64,000 nucleotides of DNA from an uncultured Methanosarcinales archaeon (GTDB taxonomy: Archaea > Nanobdellota > Nanobdellia > Woesearchaeales > UBA11576). The notes below the pieces were generated by a model. It had not been told where the DNA came from. It did no database searches and was given only the letters and a program-made list of their open reading frames with translations. This document shows positions 53,351 through 61,329 of this stretch, one piece after another (the stretch's first letter is position 1; every line of letters starts with the position of its first letter). The stretch is from assembly GCA_964406185.1 (NCBI GenBank), contig CAYOQS010000003.1:114459-178458 (forward strand), in the 5' to 3' direction. A program made the translations under genes and the position numbers.

Positions 53351-54352
53351 CTTACCCGGCTTGATGAAACGCAAGAACTTATTCAGGATGCTCTCCTCCG
53401 CCTCAACCTTCTTTACCTCCTTCTCGAACCTCTTCAGCTCTGCCTCCTCAGCCTTAATCTCCTTCTCCTCCTTCCTGAACTCACCAGCTATCCTGCGCTC
53501 CTCCCTCTTCTGGGAAAGGAACTCAGCATTCGACACGAAGACAAGCAGTATCGCTATGAAAACCACATTCATCACAAGCCCGATAAGGCCCTCCATGAAA
53601 AACACAACCCTTGCAGCGGTGGAGACAGGAAGTATCTCACCATAACCCGTAGTGGTAAAAGACACCATGCTGTAATACACAAAAGAAGCGAGATGAGGCT
53701 CCTTGTCCACAGATAACTTGAAAGCAGCAGGATTAGCCGGGTCGGTATATATATCATGGTACAACGAGCCGAAACCCACCACATAAAGAAGCACTATCGA
53801 AAGATATATCACAACGATAGAAAGCTGCTTCCGATGCCTGAACCAATCCCTGATGTTACGCTCTATACCCAGAACCTCAGGACAGAAGATGAAAGTGATC
53901 AGGATATAGCTCGCAAAATAGTTAGGGATTGTAAGGATGAGCCCGTAATCACCCTTCAAAGCAGAAGGCAAGGTAATACCCAGCCCTACAACAAAGAATG
54001 CGAGGATAGAATAACGGATGCCCGCTATCTTCTCACGCTCACGGATAAATGGAACTATGAAAAGGAAAAGGATAGCCATGAAAGGCACCATCAGTATCTT
54101 GGCAGTCACTCCGGACGAAGCCTCGAAATAATCAGAATAGACCCCACCAATCTTCATAGCAAACAGCAGGAAGATCATCAGAGGGATAAAGAAAAGAAGA
54201 TTATAATTCACAAGCTTCAGCAAGGATATGTCCTTCTTCCCGGACTCACTATCATGCCGGAACCTGGAAGCGGAAGGCACCCTACTCGAAACATCCTTCT
54301 TAGAACGAGAAGACTTGCGTCTATGCTTCACCCCTTTTCTCTTCTTCACCAT
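53348..54352 (-). CDS. potassium channel (6-TM-like, TTTGYGE selectivity filter, coiled-coil C-terminus)
   Basis: MVSFTTTGYGEILP pore signature. Four upstream TM helices lack an Arg-rich S4. ATG 54352 lies 27 nt from the minus-strand TATA (GTTTAAATAC). Confidence 0.8.
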   Translation of the reverse strand: MVKKRKGVKHRRKSSRSKKDVSSRVPSASRFRHDSESGKKDISLLKLVNYNLLFFIPLMIFLLFAMKIGGVYSDYFEASSGVTAKILMVPFMAILFLFIVPFIREREKIAGIRYSILAFFVVGLGITLPSALKGDYGLILTIPNYFASYILITFIFCPEVLGIERNIRDWFRHRKQLSIVVIYLSIVLLYVVGFGSLYHDIYTDPANPAAFKLSVDKEPHLASFVYYSMVSFTTTGYGEILPVSTAARVVFFMEGLIGLVMNVVFIAILLVFVSNAEFLSQKREERRIAGEFRKEEKEIKAEEAELKRFEKEVKKVEAEESILNKFLRFIKPGK

Positions 54353-54430
54353 AAAAGAACCTATAGAGCGGTCGTATTTAAACTTTATCAAAAGAAACAT
54401 TAATAAATCCTTGAAACAGCATTTCCGGAC

Positions 54431-55066
54431 ATGAAGAGGTGGATGCACAAGATAGAGGTGATAGTAGACAAGGCAATACCCCCCTGCCTCATACTCCTTC
54501 TTGTCGTCATAGTTCTCGACCTGGGATTCCACGAATTCGTGGAAAAACACCACCTGCACCCATACATAGTAGCAGCAGACTACTTCGTAATAACAGTATT
54601 CGTCATCGACCTAATATTCAAATGGATGCGGACAAGACACATACCGATGTTCCTAAGGAAATACTGGCTCGACATACTCGCAGTATTCCCATTCTTCCTG
54701 CTTTTCAGAGTTTTTGAGCTTGCGGCAGGAGCATTCTCATTCGTGGTCAGCGAAAGCACACAGACAGCGCAGTCAATACTCCACAGCGGACTTGAAGTAG
54801 AGAAAGAAGGCGCCAAGATACTCCGGGAAGGAGAGAAGTTCGTGAAAGAAGGCAGCAGGGTCGCCCGGGAGGCAGAAAAGTTCTCCAAGCTCAGCAGGTC
54901 ATCAAGGTTCATGAGATTCCTGCGCCCGATATTGCGACTGCCAAGGTTCATCAAAGGAATCCCGAAGATGATACACTTCTACGAGAAACCGCACGGCGGG
55001 CATCACGAACACGAGTTCATGCCAAAACACGACAGTAAAGGCAGACCCAAGAAAAGGAAGAAGTGA
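54431..55066 (+). CDS. stand-alone voltage-sensor-domain-like membrane protein
   Basis: S2/S3-like YFVITVFVIDLIFKW and YWLDILAVFPFF. S4-like RSSRFMRFLRPILRLPRFIK has basic residues every third position. No pore segment. Confidence 0.6.
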   Translation: MKRWMHKIEVIVDKAIPPCLILLLVVIVLDLGFHEFVEKHHLHPYIVAADYFVITVFVIDLIFKWMRTRHIPMFLRKYWLDILAVFPFFLLFRVFELAAGAFSFVVSESTQTAQSILHSGLEVEKEGAKILREGEKFVKEGSRVAREAEKFSKLSRSSRFMRFLRPILRLPRFIKGIPKMIHFYEKPHGGHHEHEFMPKHDSKGRPKKRKK

Positions 55067-55130
55067 TCTGGAAAAAAAAATCCCGGTGGGCAGCACAAAT
55101 CAGAGATCTGCCGGTCCACCAGGTGCGTGA

Positions 55131-55243
55131 AGCCCCTGGTGGGAACTGCACCCACGACCTGCTGCTTATTGCCCGTTGGGTCTGACCAACTCGAGGCAGC
55201 CGCTATCTGTAGGGCCGAGGCCTAGCTACTAAGCCACAGGGGC
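55131..55243 (-). tRNA. tRNA-like gene with inserts and a non-canonical T-loop (possible pseudogene or atypical tRNA; anticodon arm candidate GCTGC-CTCGAG..A-GCAGC)
   Basis: Acceptor GCCCCTG/CAGGGGC, D-arm start TGGCTTAGT, variable AGGTC, T stem GTGGG/CCCAC but loop TGCAGTT. Isotype unresolved. Confidence 0.4.
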
Positions 55244-55249
55244 GTATGA

Positions 55250-55405
55250 TCATAACTTCTCCAGCAGGTCCGACTTCTTAGGGAACTTCCTCTGGCACTC
55301 ACTGCAGACAGTGAACTTCTTCCCCTTCCCGTCCTTGACAACAGTCCCTATCGGCTTCTTAAGGAAAGTCTCCTGGATCCTGGACCTGCATATCGCACAC
55401 TTCAT
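55250..55405 (-). CDS. small zinc-ribbon protein (51 aa)
   Basis: MKCAICRSRIQETFLKKPIGTVVKDGKGKKFTVCSECQRKFPKKSDLLEKL with two CxxC pairs. Below the ORF-track length cutoff. Confidence 0.5.
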   Translation of the reverse strand: MKCAICRSRIQETFLKKPIGTVVKDGKGKKFTVCSECQRKFPKKSDLLEKL

Positions 55406-55519
55406 GAGAAGCGAAAATAAAGGGATAGTATTTAAATCTAATGTTACAGGTCCTGAGACTGCCTAATCGACGAGAGAACACGAAAACATTTATATATAAT
55501 CTTCGGATTAATCCACCTG

Positions 55520-56998
55520 ATGCTATCCAAAGGGCAGAAGACAGAAAAAGCCGAAAAAGAAGATTTCCTGGCCGTAAGGTCCAAGCTGACCGAGAACGGC
55601 ATCACCGTTTCTGTCAAAGGCAAAAAGTACAGAGTGGAATACCCATCAGAGATATGGAAAGCGTACTCAGCGACCAACAAAGAAGTCCTGCTCGACAACC
55701 TCTCATTCATGCAGACCTGCCACCTGGCAGCAAGCCACAAGAAGAAAGGCGCGGTGTACAACACAGCCCTGCCCTGCTTCGAGCCGTACGCATTCAAAGG
55801 CACGATGATGGACGCACCATCCACAGCGGTCATCGACCACGAGAAGACAACAGAATACCTGAAAAGATACTTCAACGCAACATTCCTTTTCTCAAGCTAC
55901 CAATCCTCAATGCCAGAGAAGAACAAGAAGAGATGGTATGACAAGACACAGCCCACAGCGATAATACTTTTCACAGCAGGAAAGGAAAGCCTGCTCAACC
56001 TGGCACTGTGCCTCGAGCTCGGCATCGTCCCCATACCGATATACATGGACGAAGAGCCGGAACTTGCAGAGTCAAAGCACAAGCAGAAGATAATCAGGCA
56101 GATAAAGGAAGAGTACGGAATAGAGGTGCACAGCATCCTCAACGAGCCCGGCAAGCTCAGGTACTGTGACCTCGACGAGGAAGAGAACAACTGGGGCGCG
56201 GGCACGCAGTTCCTAACATACGTCATGGAAGTCCTGCCGTTCGTCGATTACTTCAACGCAGACTACATACTCTTCGGCAACGAGTACAGCTGCGACGACC
56301 ACACGTACTGCAAAGAAGGTTTCAAGAGCAACTTCTGCTTCGACCAGTGCTCAGAATGGACAAGACAGCTCAACGTCCTGGCAAAGACCATGGTCGGAAA
56401 CACTGTGGAGGTAGGAAGCCTTGTCGGACCGCTGTACGAGATCGGACTGGTCAAGATACTGCACGAGAGATACCCTGAACTCGCAAAGCTGCAGATGAGC
56501 TGCTTCTCAGACACAGAAGAAGGCAAAGAAAGGATATGGTGCGGAAACTGCTCAAAATGCGCAAGGATGTTCGTGTTCTTCAAGGCATCAGGAATAGACA
56601 CAGACAGGCTCGGGTTCGAGAACAACATGTTCAACAAGCCAAGCATGAAGAACTACTCAGTGTTCGGCACCAAAGGCCTGTACAGCTACGACGTCTCAGG
56701 CCTGGGCTCGGAAGAGCAGGCGCTCGCGTTCTACATGGCAGCAGAGAGAGGAGAGAAAGGATACCTCATCGACAGGTTCAGGAAGACCAAAGCATACAGA
56801 GAGATCGCCAAGGACCCTGAAAGCGTGCGCAAGAAATACTTCTCACAATACCCCAGCGTGGCAGTCCCGTACGAGCTCCGCGAGAAGGTGATGGATATAT
56901 TCGACCAGACTTTCCAAGGCGATTTCACACCGAAAGACTTCAGGGTGAAAAAAGAAGAGGAGCAGCAGGCAGTCGGACAGGATCCTGCAAACAGATAA
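55520..56998 (+). CDS. hypothetical enzyme with PP-loop-like (adenine nucleotide alpha-hydrolase) signature
   Basis: AIILFTAGKESLLNLALCLELG resembles SGGKDS. Downstream block WCGNCSKCARMF is QueC/amidotransferase-like. The ~150-aa N-terminus is unassigned. Confidence 0.35.
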   Translation: MLSKGQKTEKAEKEDFLAVRSKLTENGITVSVKGKKYRVEYPSEIWKAYSATNKEVLLDNLSFMQTCHLAASHKKKGAVYNTALPCFEPYAFKGTMMDAPSTAVIDHEKTTEYLKRYFNATFLFSSYQSSMPEKNKKRWYDKTQPTAIILFTAGKESLLNLALCLELGIVPIPIYMDEEPELAESKHKQKIIRQIKEEYGIEVHSILNEPGKLRYCDLDEEENNWGAGTQFLTYVMEVLPFVDYFNADYILFGNEYSCDDHTYCKEGFKSNFCFDQCSEWTRQLNVLAKTMVGNTVEVGSLVGPLYEIGLVKILHERYPELAKLQMSCFSDTEEGKERIWCGNCSKCARMFVFFKASGIDTDRLGFENNMFNKPSMKNYSVFGTKGLYSYDVSGLGSEEQALAFYMAAERGEKGYLIDRFRKTKAYREIAKDPESVRKKYFSQYPSVAVPYELREKVMDIFDQTFQGDFTPKDFRVKKEEEQQAVGQDPANR

Positions 56999-57080
56999 AT
57001 CAGGTTGCAGCAGCAACACCGAACCAAAAGGGGCCCCCAAACAGTAAAAATTATTAAGAAAAGCCCGATTCTACAGATAT

Positions 57081-58841
57081 ATGGCCCGTATAGCGATAGT
57101 GAAGAAATCAGAATGCAACCCGATAGGGTGCGGAGGGTATCTCTGCGCAAAAGTCTGCCCTGTAAACAGAAAGGGAGAAGAATGCATAAAGCCAGACCCC
57201 GACATCAGGAAAGCCATGATAGATGAAGAGCTCTGCATAGGGTGCGGAATATGCCCTAACAGGTGCCCCTTCGACGCGATAGACATAATCAACCTCCCGG
57301 AAGAACTAAAACAGGAACCAATACACAGGTACGGACAGAACGGTTTCGCACTTTACTCCCTGCCCACACCAAGATTCGGCAAGGTCGTCGGAGTGCTGGG
57401 CGTCAACGGGATAGGAAAATCAACAGCCATAAAGATACTCGCGGGAGTGCTGAAGCCCAACCTCGGAAGGACAGACGGAAACGAAGCAGAATACACAGAA
57501 CTCATAGAATTCTTCAAAGGCACAGAAGCGCAGACCTTCTTCGAGAGAGTCAGGGACAGCAAGATAACGATATCCTACAAGCCACAGAACGTCGACGTGA
57601 TACCTAAAAAGTTCTCAGGCAACGTCAGGCAGCTGCTGGAGAAAGCAGACCAGAAATGCATACTCGAAAAGGTAACGCAGGCACTTGACCTGGACAAGGT
57701 GCTCGACACAGACATAAAGAAAATATCAGGCGGAGAGCTACAACGTGTCGCGATAGCCGCCACAGTCATGAAAAAAGCCAACTTCTACGTGTTCGACGAG
57801 CCCACATCATACCTCGACATAAAGCAGAGGATAAAAGTCAGCAAGTTCATAAGAGATCTTGCGGACGAAGAGACAGCAGTGCTCGTCATAGAACACGACC
57901 TGATAATACTCGACTACATCACAGACCAGGTCCACATCATGTACGGCAAAGAAGGAGGATTCGGAGTTGTAAGCCTGCCAAAGACCACAAGAGCAGGAAT
58001 AAACATCTTCCTCGAAGGATACCTCCGGGACGAAAACGTAAGGTTCAGGGACGCGCCCATAAAGTTCGAGGCGAAACCGCCCATCCAGAAAGCAGGCAAG
58101 GAAGTCCAGACAAGCTGGGAAGGGCTCAAGACAAGACTCGGCAATTTCCTCCTCAGCGCGGAAAAAGGAGAAGTGTACAAGAACGACGTCATCGGCGTGG
58201 TAGGAGAGAACGGCATAGGAAAGACGAGCTTCGTCAAGATCCTCGCAGGAGTCGACAAGACAGAGAGCGGAAAGACAGAAGGCAAGGTCAAAGTTTCATA
58301 CAAGCCCCAATATCTTGTGGCCGACGAAGACCTGGTCATGAACACGCTCGGAGAGGCGCTTGAGAAATACGAAGCACAGCTCATAAGGCCGCTAAACATA
58401 AAACCGCTGCTCATGAAGAAGCTCTCAGAGCTCAGCGGAGGAGAACTGCAGAGGGTCGCGATAGCGCACTGCCTGTCAAAGAAAGCAGACCTATACCTCC
58501 TCGACGAGCCATCAGCATACCTTGACGTGGAGCAGAGGATAAGGGTGTCCAAGATAATCGCAGACATAATGGAGAAAAGAGGGACATCAGCCATGGTAGT
58601 GGACCACGACCTCCTGTTCATAGACTACATATCAAAGAAACTGACAGTATTCGAAGGCGAGCCCGCAGTGCACGGAACAGTAAGAGGGCCGTTCGACATG
58701 CAGGAAGGAATGAACCGGTTCCTCGAAGGTCTGGACATAACACTCAGGCGGGACGAAGAATCACTGCGGCCCAGGGTGAACAAGCCAGGCAGCCAGAAAG
58801 ACCGGGAGCAGAGAAGTGCTGATAAGCTGTATTATGCGTGA
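57081..58841 (+). CDS. abce1: ABCE1 (RNase L inhibitor/Rli1) ribosome-recycling ATPase
   Basis: N-terminal double 4Fe-4S Cys clusters (CGGYLCAKVCP, CIGCGICPNRCP), two ABC cassettes with GxNGxGKS and LSGGELQR. Confidence 0.9.
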   Translation: MARIAIVKKSECNPIGCGGYLCAKVCPVNRKGEECIKPDPDIRKAMIDEELCIGCGICPNRCPFDAIDIINLPEELKQEPIHRYGQNGFALYSLPTPRFGKVVGVLGVNGIGKSTAIKILAGVLKPNLGRTDGNEAEYTELIEFFKGTEAQTFFERVRDSKITISYKPQNVDVIPKKFSGNVRQLLEKADQKCILEKVTQALDLDKVLDTDIKKISGGELQRVAIAATVMKKANFYVFDEPTSYLDIKQRIKVSKFIRDLADEETAVLVIEHDLIILDYITDQVHIMYGKEGGFGVVSLPKTTRAGINIFLEGYLRDENVRFRDAPIKFEAKPPIQKAGKEVQTSWEGLKTRLGNFLLSAEKGEVYKNDVIGVVGENGIGKTSFVKILAGVDKTESGKTEGKVKVSYKPQYLVADEDLVMNTLGEALEKYEAQLIRPLNIKPLLMKKLSELSGGELQRVAIAHCLSKKADLYLLDEPSAYLDVEQRIRVSKIIADIMEKRGTSAMVVDHDLLFIDYISKKLTVFEGEPAVHGTVRGPFDMQEGMNRFLEGLDITLRRDEESLRPRVNKPGSQKDREQRSADKLYYA

Positions 58842-58949
58842 AACAAGCTTTTTCTACATATTTGTCGGGAAAAAATCACAGAATCGATAATAATCCTGGC
58901 TTCGCCATAAAAATACAAAAAAGATCTCAGCGGCCTGGGGAAAAAAAAA

Positions 58950-59408
58950 TCATAACTTATGCCCTTTGTGGAAGAGGATGTCCTCTATCCTCTTCTGGTC
59001 ATCAGGGGAGATTTCCTTCGGCACGTACTCCTTGTTGTGAGCCTGCTCCCTCGTCGGCAGATGGATAGGCTCGCCCCAGTCAGGATCAGACTCCCAGCGA
59101 GGATAGATATGCCCGTGGACGTGGCGCACCCAGTTACAGTTTATCTGCCAGTTGATGATCTGAGGCCGCAAAACCTCCTCGATCGCCTTGCCAACCTTGA
59201 TCCAGCAGTCAATCAAAGCATGCGCTTCCTCGAACGGAACATCAGTAAGGTTTTCATGATGCTTCTTCAGGATGACCTTGACATGACCCCTCACGTAAGG
59301 GGATCCCCACACCGCGACCGCATGATCATTCTCATATATCTTCCTGTAATGCTTCTCCCAATCACAAAACTTGCACTTCATCTGAACACCACCCCCGGTC
59401 AACAGCAC
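58950..59408 (-). CDS. HIT-family nucleotide hydrolase/transferase (complete HVHGH triad)
   Basis: CKFCDWE Zn-type N-terminus, GHVKVILKKHH, NWVRHVHGHIYPRW. Confidence 0.7.
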   Translation of the reverse strand: MLLTGGGVQMKCKFCDWEKHYRKIYENDHAVAVWGSPYVRGHVKVILKKHHENLTDVPFEEAHALIDCWIKVGKAIEEVLRPQIINWQINCNWVRHVHGHIYPRWESDPDWGEPIHLPTREQAHNKEYVPKEISPDDQKRIEDILFHKGHKL

Positions 59409-59451
59409 CTAATCGTGCGTATGGCCCGCATGGCAGCCGGACTTATCCGCA

Positions 59452-59946
59452 CTACCATAACTCCTTCTTTACCCTGTCAAGCTCTCTCTTGAAGATGTCC
59501 ATCTCCCTCTTGGTCAGCGTCTTCGGCCTGAATTTCGCGCCCTTCTTCGGGATTACCGGAGGATCACCCCAATCCTTGTCCTCCTTAAAACGAGGATAGA
59601 CATTCCAGTGTATATGATGATCCCAATTGTCAAGATATTCCAGGTTGAACAGGTCAGGCTTGATCGCCTTGCCCAACGCCTTCATCACATGCACGGTGTC
59701 GTTCATGAACGAGTCCAGGGTGTTCTCATGGAGCTTCAGAAGGTCCTCCTCATGCGCCTTAGGCATGACAAGAAGATGGCCCTTATGATGCTGCCTGCCA
59801 AACATCACGACGATATGATCGTTCTCAAGCAGTATGTCCTTCTTCGCCTTTATCTTCCTGCAGAACTTGCACTCAGGATGCTCGTGAGGGTGCTGGCGCT
59901 TATGCTTGATGTATCGAAAACGCTCCTTTTTCACCATAGCCATCAC
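59452..59946 (-). CDS. HIT-family protein (HIHWN variant triad)
   Basis: CKFCRKIKAKK, GHLLVMPKAHEE, NWDHHIHWNVYPRF. Tandem paralog of the downstream gene. Confidence 0.7.
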   Translation of the reverse strand: MMAMVKKERFRYIKHKRQHPHEHPECKFCRKIKAKKDILLENDHIVVMFGRQHHKGHLLVMPKAHEEDLLKLHENTLDSFMNDTVHVMKALGKAIKPDLFNLEYLDNWDHHIHWNVYPRFKEDKDWGDPPVIPKKGAKFRPKTLTKREMDIFKRELDRVKKELW

Positions 59947-59962
59947 GAAAACAAATCAATAT

Positions 59963-60529
59963 TTAAGCATTGCCCCTGCTCTCCCCCTTCACCAGAGCAG
60001 CACCTATAAGATGCGCCACGCGCACCGGCTCAGGGATGAAAGAACGCGTAGAGGTCAACTCCACAAGCTCCCCCGCCTCATCAAATGAAATACCTGCAAA
60101 CTGGATATAGATCCTGCCGCACTTTCTCGGAGGGCCGGTACGCTCCAGGATCCTGATCTTACTATCCATCTTCAGGCGTGTCAGCACACGTTTTATGTTA
60201 TCGATGTCCGGCCTGCGGCGGACCACAACTATGACCGGTATCTTCGTCAGCCTGAAAAGCCTGTGGATGTCGATGATATTAAACCCCGCCATGTTTATGC
60301 CGTCTAGGAACATGCAGCGCAGCTGCTTCCTGAACCTCGACCTGTTGACCATCTCAGCAAGCCTTGAAGTTGAGTTAACGCCGTCAACACGCACCTTTGT
60401 CGAGACAGCGCCGTCAGGGTATTCGCCGCCACGATACACTACACCTATGACAGTAGAGTGACTGTCCCTGAACTTGTCAAAAGGAGAATCGTCAATCCCG
60501 AGTACGCGGACCTCCCTCTTCATGCTCAC
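59963..60529 (-). CDS. UPF0215/DUF99 family protein (endonuclease V-like fold)
   Basis: VLGIDDSPF..VIGVVYRGG..DGINMAGFNIIDI..PEPVRVAHLI pattern typical of archaeal DUF99. Confidence 0.6.
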   Translation of the reverse strand: MSMKREVRVLGIDDSPFDKFRDSHSTVIGVVYRGGEYPDGAVSTKVRVDGVNSTSRLAEMVNRSRFRKQLRCMFLDGINMAGFNIIDIHRLFRLTKIPVIVVVRRRPDIDNIKRVLTRLKMDSKIRILERTGPPRKCGRIYIQFAGISFDEAGELVELTSTRSFIPEPVRVAHLIGAALVKGESRGNA

Positions 60530-61320
60530 AGCTTCCTCCCGACAGTCATGAAACCTGAGTGTATGATGGACTTCGACTTCGGACGGACCTTCCGCTTCTC
60601 AACCTCCCAAGGCCTCTCAATCACCTCGACAGTGCGAAGATGTATAAGATCCTTCCTCTCAAGCATGGCATTCACAAAATCAGCCGTCTGGGTTATGGTC
60701 GGGGAATATGATATGATGAAACCACCATGCTTCAGGGCGTTCTCAGCATTGTCAAGAGCTTCCCAAGGAGCGGGCAGGTCAAGACAGACAAGATCCGCGT
60801 CCTTCTCGTCTATCCTCTCGTACATGCTTCTGTTCTTAAGAGTTATGTTATTAATGCCCAGAGACCTTATGTTCTCACGCGCGATATCAAGATGCTTCTT
60901 CTCAATCTCGTAAGAATAGATCTTACTGCAGTGCCTGGCAAGCATGATAGCAAGCGCCCCTGAGCCTGTGCCGCCCTCAACAACCTTCGAGTCACGGCCT
61001 ATGCCTGTAGAAGCAAGTATGAAACCTATATCCTTGAGCGGTATTATCTGAGGCACGCGCCTGATGCGCCTGTAATGGTCGATGAAATCCGCATCGAAGA
61101 TGTGAAACTCCTTGTTCTGGGAAGACCTCACCACACCTGTCTTCTTGAGATCTGCTTTCTTTATCGAGCCGTAAGGCGTCGAGAAATCCCTTGACAAGTC
61201 CTCTATGTAGAACCTCTTCTCCTTCACTGTAGTGACTTCCCTATCAAGATCCTCGATGTACTGCTTCTTACCCTTCCTTATCAATATCTTTGCTTTCTTC
61301 ACAGGCATGACAGAAAACAC
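60526..61320 (-). CDS. trmI: tRNA (adenine57/58-N1)-methyltransferase TrmI (GCD14 family)
   Basis: VVEGGTGSGALAIMLARH SAM motif, DLPAPWEAL, C-terminal GFMTVGRKL. Confidence 0.8.
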   Translation of the reverse strand: MFSVMPVKKAKILIRKGKKQYIEDLDREVTTVKEKRFYIEDLSRDFSTPYGSIKKADLKKTGVVRSSQNKEFHIFDADFIDHYRRIRRVPQIIPLKDIGFILASTGIGRDSKVVEGGTGSGALAIMLARHCSKIYSYEIEKKHLDIARENIRSLGINNITLKNRSMYERIDEKDADLVCLDLPAPWEALDNAENALKHGGFIISYSPTITQTADFVNAMLERKDLIHLRTVEVIERPWEVEKRKVRPKSKSIIHSGFMTVGRKL

Positions 61321-61329
61321 CCCGGATGA

